From the sequence record ON529852.1: a stretch of 64,000 nucleotides of DNA. One strand, written 5' to 3'. Shown in pieces: positions 52,022-62,254 of the stretch. The position numbers and the translations under genes were made by a program. Positions within the stretch are counted from its first letter, which is position 1; each line of letters begins with the position of its first letter. Below the pieces are notes generated by a model. That model made no database searches, was not told where the DNA came from, and was given only the letters and a program-made list of their open reading frames with translations.

Positions 52022-52393
52022 TCAGGCGGTCAGCAGGAAGACGTCGACGCCGTCCGAGACCACGAGACGGCGTGCGCCGGCCGGGAGAGCGACCGACGCG
52101 CCCGTCGGCGAGCATTGCAGGGTCAGCGCCCCCGTTCCCTCGTTGGAGGCGGCGAAAAAGCGGGGCGTCGCCGGAAGGGTGACGACGAGCGGGACGGCGT
52201 GACCGCTGAAGCGCAGATGGAAGGCGCGCGTGAACTCCGCCTTGGTGAGGGTCTTGGGAACCGTCGTCAGGGCGATGACGCGCTGCGCGTTGGCGGCCTG
52301 CTCCAACACCGCCACCGCCGTGTTGATCGTCGTCTCTTTTTGGTTCTGGTTGGGGCTGACCTGGATGATGTCCAGGATCGGGGAGTTCGCCAT
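52022..52393 (-). CDS. short paralogue of the tail fibre N-terminal domain (DUF2793-like)
   Basis: SPILDIIQVSPNQNQKETTINTAVAVLE vs TPILHLPQVAANQEQKEATINTAIAILE. Confidence 0.8.
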   Translation of the reverse strand: MANSPILDIIQVSPNQNQKETTINTAVAVLEQAANAQRVIALTTVPKTLTKAEFTRAFHLRFSGHAVPLVVTLPATPRFFAASNEGTGALTLQCSPTGASVALPAGARRLVVSDGVDVFLLTA

Positions 52394-52474
52394 CTATCGT
52401 CCATGCCGAATCCGGCCGTCGTGACTGGACAGCGCGGGGCGCCGGTCAATCCCGGCGCGATTACAGAAGGGGTC

Positions 52475-55400
52475 TTAAAAGTCCTGCCAGGGCTCGATCG
52501 AACGAACACCGGGGAATCCACGGCCAACCGCAGTAGACAGTTGATAGATCAGAACGTGGATCGAGTCAAGATTTACGTCAAAGGGCGCCGTAAATCCTGA
52601 CACATCGACGGTCAGTTCGGGACTGTCCGTTTCGACCCGGTAGAGGACCTGGGCCTCGGCCGGGACTTCGTCGCTGCGCGACAGATCACCCGTGAACCCT
52701 GCCTTGAGGATGAAGACCTCATAGCGCTCACGCCCTTCATTGAGCGGCACCGATCCCGTCAGGTCTTGCATGTTTCCGCCCATGCGGGTCCGACGTTTCC
52801 ACGTCAGGGTCACCGTCGTGCCAAGCACAGTCCGTCGAATGTCCTTGGGCGCATAGGGCATCAGGTCGCGCGGCTCGTAGCGCGTGATGGTGGAGGGCGA
52901 CAACTCAGGCTTGACGCCGTCGCCGACGGCCCGGTGCCAGCGGGTCTTGGCCCGTTGGTCGAGCAGTTCCGCTCCCGGTTCGAGCGTGCTGGGGGAGAGG
53001 ACGACGAACATCTCGCCCAGGGCATGCGACGCGCAGGCGTATTCGGTGCCCCGGCGTCCGCGCAGGAGGTTCCAGATGGTCCACGAGCCGTCCGCGTTCT
53101 CGACGCAATCGCGGAACTGGATCAGTTCAGCCCCGAGCGCGCACATGTTGGCCCCGGACCACAGTTCGTCATCCGTGATCGATTCCAGTTCGAACCAGTC
53201 GATCGTCGGCCACAGGGTGATCCGCGTCTCCCAGTCAAGGCCGTGCGCGCCGTGACGCGGCGGCGGGACGACGCCGGACACCTGCGCCCACTCCGTGTCC
53301 TGATCCGTCAGGTAGACCAGGTCATAGTTGACGCCGTCTTCAGAACGCCACATGCCGGCGCCGTCGAACGGGGTTTGTCCGCCATGCGCCACACCGAGGT
53401 AGTGCAAGGAGTAGGCGCCGCCCGTGTCGTCCGCGTCGCGCATCAGCGGCGTGTTCAGCACGATGGCCTTGGCGGCGCGCGGCGGGATGAAGGGTAGAGG
53501 ATCGATGACGCCGGAGCCGCCGTCGGCCACGGCGTCGCTCTCATAGGCCATGGAGTCCTGGCTGAAGGTCTCCAGGGCGTAGGTCCAGTTGGCGCCGAAC
53601 TCGGTCTGATGCAGGCGCTCACGGTAGCGGCGGCCGTCAGGGAAGCGAACGTCGACGATGTCCGCCGGATCGAGATCGATGTAGGCCCAGGGCAGGCTGG
53701 TCTCATGCTGGGTGCGCTCAGCCCATTGCGCCCAGAGCATGCGATTGACCTGATCCTTGGCCTCTTTGGCCGTCATGACGACGCCCATCTCCATCGAGAC
53801 CTGCTGATAGGAGAACATCGCCGGGATCGGGTTGGAGATGCGGCGCGTCTGGGCGGTCGAGGTCTCGAAGTCCTGATCCCAGTTCATGTAGGACAGGTGG
53901 ACGCGGCGCGGCAGATCGGCGTCCTGGAGACGGCTTTCCTTCCAGAAATCGACGCCCTCGCCGTCGCCGGTCGTCCCCAGAAGCTTGGACGTGATCCGAC
54001 GCACGGGTTTCCCGGTCTGGGATTCGTTCGATCCGGCGCCGCGCATGACGCCGACCATGACGCCGTTCCGCTCGACCAGATCGAACAGATAGAGCATGCG
54101 CAACTGGGCCAGGACGGATCGCAGGTCCGACAGGGAAGCCCAGCCGTAGCCTCGCACGGGCTGCGATTGCAAGGCCGTCAGATCGTACTGCGCCGGGGTC
54201 AGTCCTGCGCGGTTCAACAGGGTCGCCACAAGCCCCGCCAGCGTGGTGGACTCCGGCTTCACGGTGAGGCCCTTGCGAATGACCTGGATGCCCTGAGAGC
54301 CATAGGTCACGATCTGCCCATTGCCCGGATCAGCGTACTGCGAGACGCTGGAAGGGAAGGTGACGGTGTTCCCGGTCGGGCCATAGAGGGGCTGCCCCCG
54401 ATAGAGCAGATTGGACGTCGACTCGTTCACGGCGGCCTGGGACATCCAGTCCGGGTCGAGCGCCGCGTAAGGATCGTGAATCTCGACGATGTAGTCGCCG
54501 GTCGCCGCGTTCATCTTGTAGAGGCGCGAGCCGGAGACCCACCAGAACTCGCCGGTGGTCAGCACGGAGGATTGCACGCCGGCCACGCCGGCGTTGAGCG
54601 CCGTCTTGCGCCAGGCCCAGCGGGACTGTTCCGGGAGGTATTTGCCGATATAGTGCCGTTGGGCGTTGCGCCAAACCAGCAGAACGCCCTTATCGGCCGG
54701 GTCATAGTGGCAGCCGAGCGTCTGGAAGTTGCTGATCGCGCCTTCATTCTCGATGGCGACGACCTCGGACTTCGCCCAGCCTCCGGCCTGGGACACGCGA
54801 TACAGATGCAGGTTCGTCACCGCGCTTCCCGAGCGGTCTCCGCCTTCGAAGATGTAGAAGGTCGCGCTGGGTTCGCCCGACACGCCGACATAGAAGCTGT
54901 CGCCGTAGACGCCGCGACTTTGAGACCCGAGATCAGCCAGGCCTCCCAAACCAAACGCCGAGGTGCACAGGGCGCGCTGGTAGCCCAGCACGCTGGTATA
55001 CATGCACCACTCACGGCCTTCCCGATCCACGCTGAAAGCGCCAGCCCGGTTGCCGACGGGGAACTCGGAGGTGGAGTTGGAGGAGGTCCCGAAGCGCCCG
55101 ATGGTTTCGAACGTCACCGGATCATAGAGGATGAAGGGCTCGGAATTGGAGAAGCCGCCGTCGCCCTGGGTGACCAGAGCGCCAGTGGTGGGCGATACCC
55201 CCAGCAGGGCGGCGAGGCCCGGCGTGGCGCCACGCCCCTCTTCCCGGCTGCTGGACGGACGCAAGGCCGCGATGCCGCCGTTCGTCAGGCCGACGGCGAT
55301 CAGGTCCATGTCGCCGTTGTAGGCGACTTCGGTCGTCTGATAGCTGGTGATGCGCGAGAAGGTGACCGGCGTGGCGCGGCCGATGATCTCGCCCTCGCCG

Positions 55401-55942
55401 TCGCCCTGGGCGAACACCTCGACGCTGATCTGAGGGATCGAGTTGCCGAAGTCCTCCAGAGGCATGTCCTGGAACAGGATATAGGCCAGGCCGCGATAGG
55501 CCGGCGTATTGCCCTCGCCCACGATCTTCTCGATGGTCGGGTCCGGCATCTGGTTCTCGCCGCCATCGTAGACCTTGAACTTGAAGGTCTTCTTGATGGC
55601 GAGTTTTCCGGTTCCCGTGGCGTCGTAGATCAGCTTGTGGTTGGCCCAGATTTTCCGGACGTTGGTGATCGGTCCTCGGCAGATCGCCATCGCGAACGTA
55701 CCCGTGTAGAGGTAATATTTGTAACGCTTGAGCGCGACGGTCTTCTTCTTCTTGATCTCCTTGATCTTGTCCGTCCAAATCATGTTGCCGGCCACCCGCA
55801 CGATCCCGTAAGCATTCGGGATCGCCGCGCCATAGGTGGAGGCGGAGATTTTCAGGTCCTTCAGGCGGGGGCCTTCGGCCGGGAACAGGAAACCGATCCC
55901 GATCTGGGCCACCGCCATGACGGCGAACGAAAACGGGTCCAT
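52475..55942 (-). CDS. tail/baseplate hub protein (phage tail_3, GTA host-specificity-like), copy B
   Basis: STYGAAIP, G...Q.PDPTIE...G.GNTPAYRGLAY, LRGRRGTE, W.RRTRMGG. Confidence 0.85.
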   Translation of the reverse strand: MDPFSFAVMAVAQIGIGFLFPAEGPRLKDLKISASTYGAAIPNAYGIVRVAGNMIWTDKIKEIKKKKTVALKRYKYYLYTGTFAMAICRGPITNVRKIWANHKLIYDATGTGKLAIKKTFKFKVYDGGENQMPDPTIEKIVGEGNTPAYRGLAYILFQDMPLEDFGNSIPQISVEVFAQGDGEGEIIGRATPVTFSRITSYQTTEVAYNGDMDLIAVGLTNGGIAALRPSSSREEGRGATPGLAALLGVSPTTGALVTQGDGGFSNSEPFILYDPVTFETIGRFGTSSNSTSEFPVGNRAGAFSVDREGREWCMYTSVLGYQRALCTSAFGLGGLADLGSQSRGVYGDSFYVGVSGEPSATFYIFEGGDRSGSAVTNLHLYRVSQAGGWAKSEVVAIENEGAISNFQTLGCHYDPADKGVLLVWRNAQRHYIGKYLPEQSRWAWRKTALNAGVAGVQSSVLTTGEFWWVSGSRLYKMNAATGDYIVEIHDPYAALDPDWMSQAAVNESTSNLLYRGQPLYGPTGNTVTFPSSVSQYADPGNGQIVTYGSQGIQVIRKGLTVKPESTTLAGLVATLLNRAGLTPAQYDLTALQSQPVRGYGWASLSDLRSVLAQLRMLYLFDLVERNGVMVGVMRGAGSNESQTGKPVRRITSKLLGTTGDGEGVDFWKESRLQDADLPRRVHLSYMNWDQDFETSTAQTRRISNPIPAMFSYQQVSMEMGVVMTAKEAKDQVNRMLWAQWAERTQHETSLPWAYIDLDPADIVDVRFPDGRRYRERLHQTEFGANWTYALETFSQDSMAYESDAVADGGSGVIDPLPFIPPRAAKAIVLNTPLMRDADDTGGAYSLHYLGVAHGGQTPFDGAGMWRSEDGVNYDLVYLTDQDTEWAQVSGVVPPPRHGAHGLDWETRITLWPTIDWFELESITDDELWSGANMCALGAELIQFRDCVENADGSWTIWNLLRGRRGTEYACASHALGEMFVVLSPSTLEPGAELLDQRAKTRWHRAVGDGVKPELSPSTITRYEPRDLMPYAPKDIRRTVLGTTVTLTWKRRTRMGGNMQDLTGSVPLNEGRERYEVFILKAGFTGDLSRSDEVPAEAQVLYRVETDSPELTVDVSGFTAPFDVNLDSIHVLIYQLSTAVGRGFPGVRSIEPWQDF

Positions 55943-58900
55943 CAGAAGGCCTCGTCGGGTGCGACGGAGCGCAGCGCCGGGAAGCCCCGGCCCACGGCGT
56001 CGGAAAGCTGGTAAATCACCAGATGCAGCGTGTCGGTGTTCGGGGCGAAGCCGTCTTCAGCCTGGGCGGCGGCGTCGTAGACGAACTGCGGCGTCGCGCT
56101 CTCGAAGCGCCGGCGGTACGCTTCCGGCCCGCGCCCGCGCGAGCGGTCGCCGTCAAAGGGCGCATCCAGGATGAAGGCTTCATAGCGCTCGATGCGCTCC
56201 GCCAGCGGCACTTCTCCGGTGCCGTCCTGCATGTTGCCGCCGAAGCGGGTGCATCGGCTCCAGGACACGGTGAAGTCGCTCGACGTTTCGGCCTTGACCC
56301 GCCGCACATCCGCAGGGGCGTAGGGCATGAGGTCTCGCGGCTCATAGGCGAGGCTCAACACGCCCTGGGTCGCCAGAGAGCCGCCGGACGCGACCGCCTT
56401 GAAGAAGCGCGCCTGGCCGCGCGCGCTGGTCTGCTCCACAGCAAAGCCGACCGTATCGGACGAGAGGAAGACGAACCGCTCCCCCGCGCCATGACGGTCG
56501 CAGCCATATTCCGTGCCGCGCCGCGCGCGCAGGAGGTTCCAGATGCTCCAGGTGCCGTCTTCATTCTCGACGCAATCCCGGAACTGAATGATCTCGTCGC
56601 CTACAAGGGCAAGGTTGGCGCCCGCCCAGAGTTCGTCGTCCGTGACGGATTCGATCGCGAACCAGTCCACCGCCGGGCGGATCGTCAGTCGGCTGGTCCA
56701 GTCCAGAGCAAAGGCCCCGAACGGCGGAGGCGGCAAGACGTCGCCGATCACCGTCCCCCACTCCAGATCAGAATCCGGAGAGGGGATGATCTCGTAATCC
56801 AGATTGTTGACCGAGCGCAGCATGGCTCCGCCGGTCCAGGCCTGTTCCATGCCGTTGCCGAGCCCGACATAATAGATGCTGGCCGAACCGCCCTGATCGT
56901 CCATGTCGCGCATCAGAGGCGTGTTGAACACGAACGGCAGGGCCAGGCCCGGAGGCAGGATTCCGGACGATCCGCCCGACCCCGCGCCGCCATCCGCTTC
57001 CAGTTCGTCCCAGCCGTCATAGGCCCCGGAATCCTGGGCGTAGCATTCGGTGCCCATGATGAAGTCGGCGCCGATCTCGGTGCGGTCGATACGGTCTTCG
57101 TAAAGGCGGCCGTCGTCCATCTTGACGTTGATGGTGTCGCCAGGATCAAGCATCAGATAGGCCCACGGCAGATAGGTCTGGTGACGCACGCGCTCCGCCC
57201 ACTGGGCGTAGAGCATCTTGTGGACCTGAGCCTTGGCCTCTTTCGCCGCCATGACGATGTTGATCTCCATCGAGACCTGCTGGCGCGAGAACATGGTCGG
57301 GACAGGCGAGGCGATACGCACGGAATGGGCGGTCGACGTCTCGAAGTCGCGGTCGACGTTCATGTAGGACACGGTGACGCGCGACGGCAGGTCCGCTTCC
57401 TGCATGCGGGTCTCGCTCCAGAAGTCCGAGGCTTCCGGAGAAGACGATCCAAGGGCCGCCTGAGGGATGATCTCAACCGGAACGCCCATGCCGTTGGTGT
57501 CGTCGGCGCGCATGGTCGCCACCAGCAGACCTTCCCGCTCGACCAGGTCAAACAGGAACAGACGGCGCAGTTCGTCAAGCACGCCCTTGATGTCGGTGGC
57601 CGAGGCCCAGCCGTAACCCCGGATCGGAATCGCATAGAGCGCCGACAGGTCGGTGCGCATCAGCGGCATGCCGCCTTCTTCGAGAAGGCGGGCGACGATG
57701 GTGCCGACGCTGACTCCGGTGGCGATGTTGGTGGCCTTGACGACGCCGTCGACGCCGTCCAGAGCGATCAGCAGGCCGCGCTGGGCGTCGATCGCCTGAA
57801 GCGCCGCCACGCCGCCCTCGTAAGGGGCTTTGAGCGGAATGCCCGACCCTTGGGTGCTCACGATCATGTTGACCGTGCGTCCCGCCGCCTGCCCGCCCGA
57901 CATGTAGTCGTGCTGGGCGTAGGATTCGGGACTGTCGGCGTAGGCCCACCCGAACTCGTAATAGTCCGCCAACACCTGCGGGTAACGCGCCAGGTAATCC
58001 GCCCAGTCGGGCGTGCCGGTGGCTTCTCCGGCGTCTTCACCGTCGATGGGCGTGCCCGTGGCGGTATCCAGCAGATAGACGCGCCCGCCGACGAGCCAGG
58101 CGATCTGGGATTCCAGCGTGCGGCTCTCAGGCGCGATTTCCGGCGGATACCCAGGGATGGCGCGGGTCCAGGCGACCGCGCCCGTATCCTCGTTCCACTT
58201 GGTCAGGTAGGCCTGGCCGGCGCGCTTCATGAAAATCAGCACGCCCGGCATGCCGGCGTCCCACAGGATGGGTCCGATCTCGGTCCCGTCGACCTCGGCG
58301 AGGTCCTCAATCCCGTCGACGGTCACCCGCGACAGGCGCAAGGTCGCGCCGTTCGGGCGGACGACATAGAAGATCGCCGACGCGGCGATGTCGGTGGGGT
58401 CGCGACCCACCACGCGAGCGCCCGCGCCGAGCGTGCCGGACCACAGCACGTCCAGGGTCGACGCGTCATGCAGGCAGGCGGAACCCGAGGCGTCCACCGC
58501 CAGCACCCGCATGGCCCCGTTGCTGGCCGATGCGGGAGCCGCGCGGACATACTGGAGCGACGGGGCGTGCGTGGCGACCCGTTGCAGCGAGAAGGGATCG
58601 AGCCGCCCCAGGGCGTTCGGCCCCGCCTCAGGTCCGAAAAGGGTGAACAGCGAACCGTCGACGCCTCCGCACAACAGGCGATTGAGCCGCTCTCCCTCGG
58701 GGTAGCCCAGGGTGTCCGCCGGGTAGAGGACGCGGGCCTTGCCGTCACGAAGGCTGACGGATTTGATGGCGTCGTCATAACGCAGGTAGAAGACTGCACG
58801 GGGGAAGTCGAAGACGGCTTCTCCGGGCGCGCGGTCGCGATCGAGGTCCGTCAGGCCATCCTGTTCGGTCAGCGGGGTCACCGTCACCGTCGTGGACTGT

Positions 58901-59499
58901 TCCCCAACCATCACCTCGGCGGTGATCTGGGGAATGCGGTTCCCGAAGTCCTCCAGAGGCATGTCGTCGAACAGGATGTAGGCCAGGCCCCGGAAGGCCG
59001 GCGCATTACCCTCGCCCAGATTGGTCTCGATGGCGGAATCCGGCAACTGGTCCTCATCGCCGCGATAGAAGCGCATGCGATATTTGGAGACGCCCTGACC
59101 CGTGATGCGCTGGGTGATCGCTTCCTTGACCGAGTTGGGTTGGGTCGCCTGGGTCGGGCTGATCCCGCCCGTGGCGTCGTAGATCAGCTTGTTGTCCGCC
59201 CAGATGCGACGGATTTCCCGAACGGGACCCTGGCACAGGCCCATGGCGAAGGTGCAGAAGTAGGTATACTGGTTGTAGGCGCCGCCCTTGCCCGACTTCT
59301 TCTTCTTGTTTTCGCGGATCGGCATCGACCAGATCATGTTGCCGGGCACGCGCGTCAGGCCGAACACCCAGGGGATGGCCGCGCCATAGGTCGAGGCGCT
59401 GATCTTGAGGTCTTTCAGGCGCGGGCCTTCCGACGGGAACAGATAGCTGATCCCGACCTGGGCCACCGCCATCATCGCCATGCTGAACGGATCAGCCAT
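55942..59499 (-). CDS. tail/baseplate hub protein (phage tail_3, GTA host-specificity-like), copy A
   Basis: Same motifs as copy B; nearly identical N-terminus (FP.EGPRLKDLKISASTYGAAIP). Confidence 0.85.
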   Translation of the reverse strand: MADPFSMAMMAVAQVGISYLFPSEGPRLKDLKISASTYGAAIPWVFGLTRVPGNMIWSMPIRENKKKKSGKGGAYNQYTYFCTFAMGLCQGPVREIRRIWADNKLIYDATGGISPTQATQPNSVKEAITQRITGQGVSKYRMRFYRGDEDQLPDSAIETNLGEGNAPAFRGLAYILFDDMPLEDFGNRIPQITAEVMVGEQSTTVTVTPLTEQDGLTDLDRDRAPGEAVFDFPRAVFYLRYDDAIKSVSLRDGKARVLYPADTLGYPEGERLNRLLCGGVDGSLFTLFGPEAGPNALGRLDPFSLQRVATHAPSLQYVRAAPASASNGAMRVLAVDASGSACLHDASTLDVLWSGTLGAGARVVGRDPTDIAASAIFYVVRPNGATLRLSRVTVDGIEDLAEVDGTEIGPILWDAGMPGVLIFMKRAGQAYLTKWNEDTGAVAWTRAIPGYPPEIAPESRTLESQIAWLVGGRVYLLDTATGTPIDGEDAGEATGTPDWADYLARYPQVLADYYEFGWAYADSPESYAQHDYMSGGQAAGRTVNMIVSTQGSGIPLKAPYEGGVAALQAIDAQRGLLIALDGVDGVVKATNIATGVSVGTIVARLLEEGGMPLMRTDLSALYAIPIRGYGWASATDIKGVLDELRRLFLFDLVEREGLLVATMRADDTNGMGVPVEIIPQAALGSSSPEASDFWSETRMQEADLPSRVTVSYMNVDRDFETSTAHSVRIASPVPTMFSRQQVSMEINIVMAAKEAKAQVHKMLYAQWAERVRHQTYLPWAYLMLDPGDTINVKMDDGRLYEDRIDRTEIGADFIMGTECYAQDSGAYDGWDELEADGGAGSGGSSGILPPGLALPFVFNTPLMRDMDDQGGSASIYYVGLGNGMEQAWTGGAMLRSVNNLDYEIIPSPDSDLEWGTVIGDVLPPPPFGAFALDWTSRLTIRPAVDWFAIESVTDDELWAGANLALVGDEIIQFRDCVENEDGTWSIWNLLRARRGTEYGCDRHGAGERFVFLSSDTVGFAVEQTSARGQARFFKAVASGGSLATQGVLSLAYEPRDLMPYAPADVRRVKAETSSDFTVSWSRCTRFGGNMQDGTGEVPLAERIERYEAFILDAPFDGDRSRGRGPEAYRRRFESATPQFVYDAAAQAEDGFAPNTDTLHLVIYQLSDAVGRGFPALRSVAPDEAF

Positions 59500-59503
59500 T
59501 TCG

Positions 59504-59920
59504 TTAGTCCTCCACGCCGGGGAAATCGAGCACGCAGCGCAGGCGGGTCGACCAGTAACCGTCCCACTCCTCTTCGATCACGCTGCGCTTGGAGAGCGAG
59601 GCGTGCAGGAGGTAGGGACGGTCGTATTTTTCAGTGATGATGCCGATGTGGCAGGGCTGGTGCTGATCCCGCAGGATCACCGCCGTTCCGGGGGCGATGA
59701 CCTGGGGATCGCGATAGATCATGAAGCGTTTGACATGATCGACGAAGCGGCCGTCGGGATTGCGGGAATAGCCGTCGATGTCCTCGTAAGGCACGTCAAA
59801 GGCCGCACCCACGACGCAGACGAGCCCGATGCAGTCGACACCGGTCGAGGTGCGCCCGCGATGCCGCCAGGGCACGCCGAGCAAACGGCGGCCTTCGTTG
59901 ATGATGTCTTGACGCAGCAT
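59504..59920 (-). CDS. NlpC/P60 tail-associated peptidase
   Basis: GVPWRHRGR..GVDCIGLV, HIGI, LLHA. Confidence 0.88.
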   Translation of the reverse strand: MLRQDIINEGRRLLGVPWRHRGRTSTGVDCIGLVCVVGAAFDVPYEDIDGYSRNPDGRFVDHVKRFMIYRDPQVIAPGTAVILRDQHQPCHIGIITEKYDRPYLLHASLSKRSVIEEEWDGYWSTRLRCVLDFPGVED

Positions 59921-59924
59921 GGAG

Positions 59925-61598
59925 TTACATCGCCGGGGCGTTGGGGGTCTGGTAGTATTTGTCCTGCCCAGGCACGTCCGGTTCGCCCCGGAAGTTCAGG
60001 ATATTGGCGAACTTGTCCTTGCAGGAGGCGCGGGTCTTGTCGCAGCCCGGATGGATGACGAAACGATCGCCGGCGCGGGGGATGTGATAGGGGCGTTGGA
60101 ACAGCGTCACCGAGGCGGCGGCGGACACCTTGATCTCCTGGGCGCGGCCGGCGTTCGGCCCCGTCTCCCAGATCATGAGGCCGCCGTCGTAATAGCCGAC
60201 CGCATCGCCCAGCGCCGAGGTCACAACCGTGCGGCCGCCGTCCGAGGTGCCGATGACGGTCATCGACTTCTTGTAGGACTTGACGGCCTTCCAGGTGACG
60301 GCGCCGTCCTGGATGGTGTCGCCCAGCAGGTTCGACCAGGCCGGTTCTTCGGCGCCGGAGGTGCCGGCAGTGATGCACTGGAAGGCGACGTCGCCATACT
60401 GGGAGGAAGAGCCCAGGGTGCCGTCTGGGAAGTTGACAGCGAGCGTGACCGTATCGAAGGCGGCGCCTTCCGAATAACGGCTGCGCTTGTGGGCGAACAG
60501 GTCGACACGCAGGCGACGGGTGCCCGCCGGGATCAGGATGTCGCGCACGATCTCCTGGAACCAGCGATCTTCCGCCGTCTTCTTCAGGCCCGTGTCATAG
60601 ATCGCCGAGGCGCCGATCTGCACCCCCGCGCCGTCAAGGGCGAAGACGCGGAACCGGGCGCCGGCCTCTTTCGGGTTGATGCAGGCGTACCAGACCGTGG
60701 CGAACAGGCGGCACAGGCCCGTATCGAGTTGCACGGCGTCCCCGCCCTGGGCGATCAGGTCCACGTCCTGATACATGCCGATGTCCGCGACCGTGTGTCC
60801 GTCGCCGTCGTTGTTGGTCACGTCGGAGAGCGTCCAGCCGTCGTCCGTGCCGAAGGCGGCGTAGGAGTCCTTGCCGCCCAGGCCGAAGAACGGCGTCTGC
60901 CGCACCGTCCAGCGCCCGCGAGGGTCGCCGTAGCTGGTCCAGCCTTCGATGTCGCGCACCGTCACCGGCAGGGTTGCGGCGTCGTTGTCGAACGAGGGGT
61001 TTTGCAGCGACAGGTTCAGGTAGCCGGTCGCCACATTGATGATGCCCCGCACGACGTCTCCCCGCCGGTAGTAGCCGCCCGGTCGCCAGTCCGCTGGGCT
61101 GATCGCCACGCGGCAGCGCCGGTCGCCGAGGTCGGCGCGGCACTCCGGCGCATAGCCCTCGCCGATGCGATAGGTATAGACCTGGGTCAGCCCGCGCAGT
61201 TCGGCGATGAAGGTCGAATCTTCGTTCATCGTCACTTCGCCGAGCCAGCCGGTGCGCAGCGTCGTGGAGCCGGAGTCGGGCTCCATCCAGTTGACGATGA
61301 AGACGCGGACTTCAGCGAAGTCGAACAGGCCGCTCGCCACGTCGGCGCGCGCAATGTGCTTGGAGTTCAAGATGCCGCGCACTTCCATCTGGTCGACTTC
61401 AAGATCGAGGCCGGTGGTGATGGAGGTGCGGGCGAACGAGGAATAGGGCACGTATTCCGACGAGCCGATCCGCAGGACCTGGTCATGATCGGTGAACCGG
61501 AACGACCGACCATCCTTGCGGATGATCTCCAGGCAGGTGCACAGCGTGGTGACGCCTTGGCGGATGTGGCTCTTCAGGGCGGGAGTGAGGTCTTTCAT
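59925..61598 (-). CDS. DUF2163 baseplate protein (GTA-type) with inserted beta domain
   Basis: TTLCTCLEI.RKDG..F.FTDHD, CRADLGD.RC, GCDKT...C..KF.N..NFRGEP. Confidence 0.85.
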   Translation of the reverse strand: MKDLTPALKSHIRQGVTTLCTCLEIIRKDGRSFRFTDHDQVLRIGSSEYVPYSSFARTSITTGLDLEVDQMEVRGILNSKHIARADVASGLFDFAEVRVFIVNWMEPDSGSTTLRTGWLGEVTMNEDSTFIAELRGLTQVYTYRIGEGYAPECRADLGDRRCRVAISPADWRPGGYYRRGDVVRGIINVATGYLNLSLQNPSFDNDAATLPVTVRDIEGWTSYGDPRGRWTVRQTPFFGLGGKDSYAAFGTDDGWTLSDVTNNDGDGHTVADIGMYQDVDLIAQGGDAVQLDTGLCRLFATVWYACINPKEAGARFRVFALDGAGVQIGASAIYDTGLKKTAEDRWFQEIVRDILIPAGTRRLRVDLFAHKRSRYSEGAAFDTVTLAVNFPDGTLGSSSQYGDVAFQCITAGTSGAEEPAWSNLLGDTIQDGAVTWKAVKSYKKSMTVIGTSDGGRTVVTSALGDAVGYYDGGLMIWETGPNAGRAQEIKVSAAASVTLFQRPYHIPRAGDRFVIHPGCDKTRASCKDKFANILNFRGEPDVPGQDKYYQTPNAPAM

Positions 61599-61601
61599 GG
61601 A

Positions 61602-62252
61602 TCAGCCCTGGAACAGGTCGTTCCAGTCGCGGACTTCGACCAGAGGGATCGAGGCCCAGGACTGGGTCAGCCAGAACTCGTGCGTGGCGTCGAGGTGATC
61701 GGTGTCGAAGCGGACGGGAACATGGAACTCGGCCGCACCGATCATGATCGGCGCGGTGTTGAGCGGCGGGACGGCGAAGATGATCTTGCCGGTGTCGTGG
61801 TCGATCGTGTAGTCGACGCCCTGGACCTGCACCGCCGCGCCCATCTTGACGCCGGCCACCGTGTCCCAGGCGATTTTGTAAAGCTTGCGCTGATAGACGT
61901 AGTTCTGCGCGGTCGCCGGGTTCTGATCGTTGTAGGTCTTGATGATCTGGAACTCGGTCTGAACGCCGTCGCCGAGCGCGATCACTTGCTGCTTCAGGCG
62001 GAAATCGTTGTAGTCCTTGAAGCGGAACCCGAAGGCGCGGCCGCGCCGGGCGTAGAAGAACGCCGTCAGTTCATCCATCTGGACCTGGCTCTTGATCCCG
62101 TGGCTGACGTCATACTCGGCGCGCGTCATCGACCAGTCGATGTTGCGCTGCTCGTAGCCGGAATCGGCCGTGAAGATCGTGGTCTTGAATTTCGGGCCGC
62201 CCGACGAGCCGTAGGAAATCTCCGTCGGGAAAAGCACCTCGTGAAAGGCCAT
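61602..62252 (-). CDS. DUF2460 distal tail protein
   Basis: FHEVLFP.EISYGSSGGP.F.T, FF.AR.GRA.GFRFKD..D, EFHVPVRFDTD. Confidence 0.88.
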   Translation of the reverse strand: MAFHEVLFPTEISYGSSGGPKFKTTIFTADSGYEQRNIDWSMTRAEYDVSHGIKSQVQMDELTAFFYARRGRAFGFRFKDYNDFRLKQQVIALGDGVQTEFQIIKTYNDQNPATAQNYVYQRKLYKIAWDTVAGVKMGAAVQVQGVDYTIDHDTGKIIFAVPPLNTAPIMIGAAEFHVPVRFDTDHLDATHEFWLTQSWASIPLVEVRDWNDLFQG

Positions 62253-62254
62253 GG

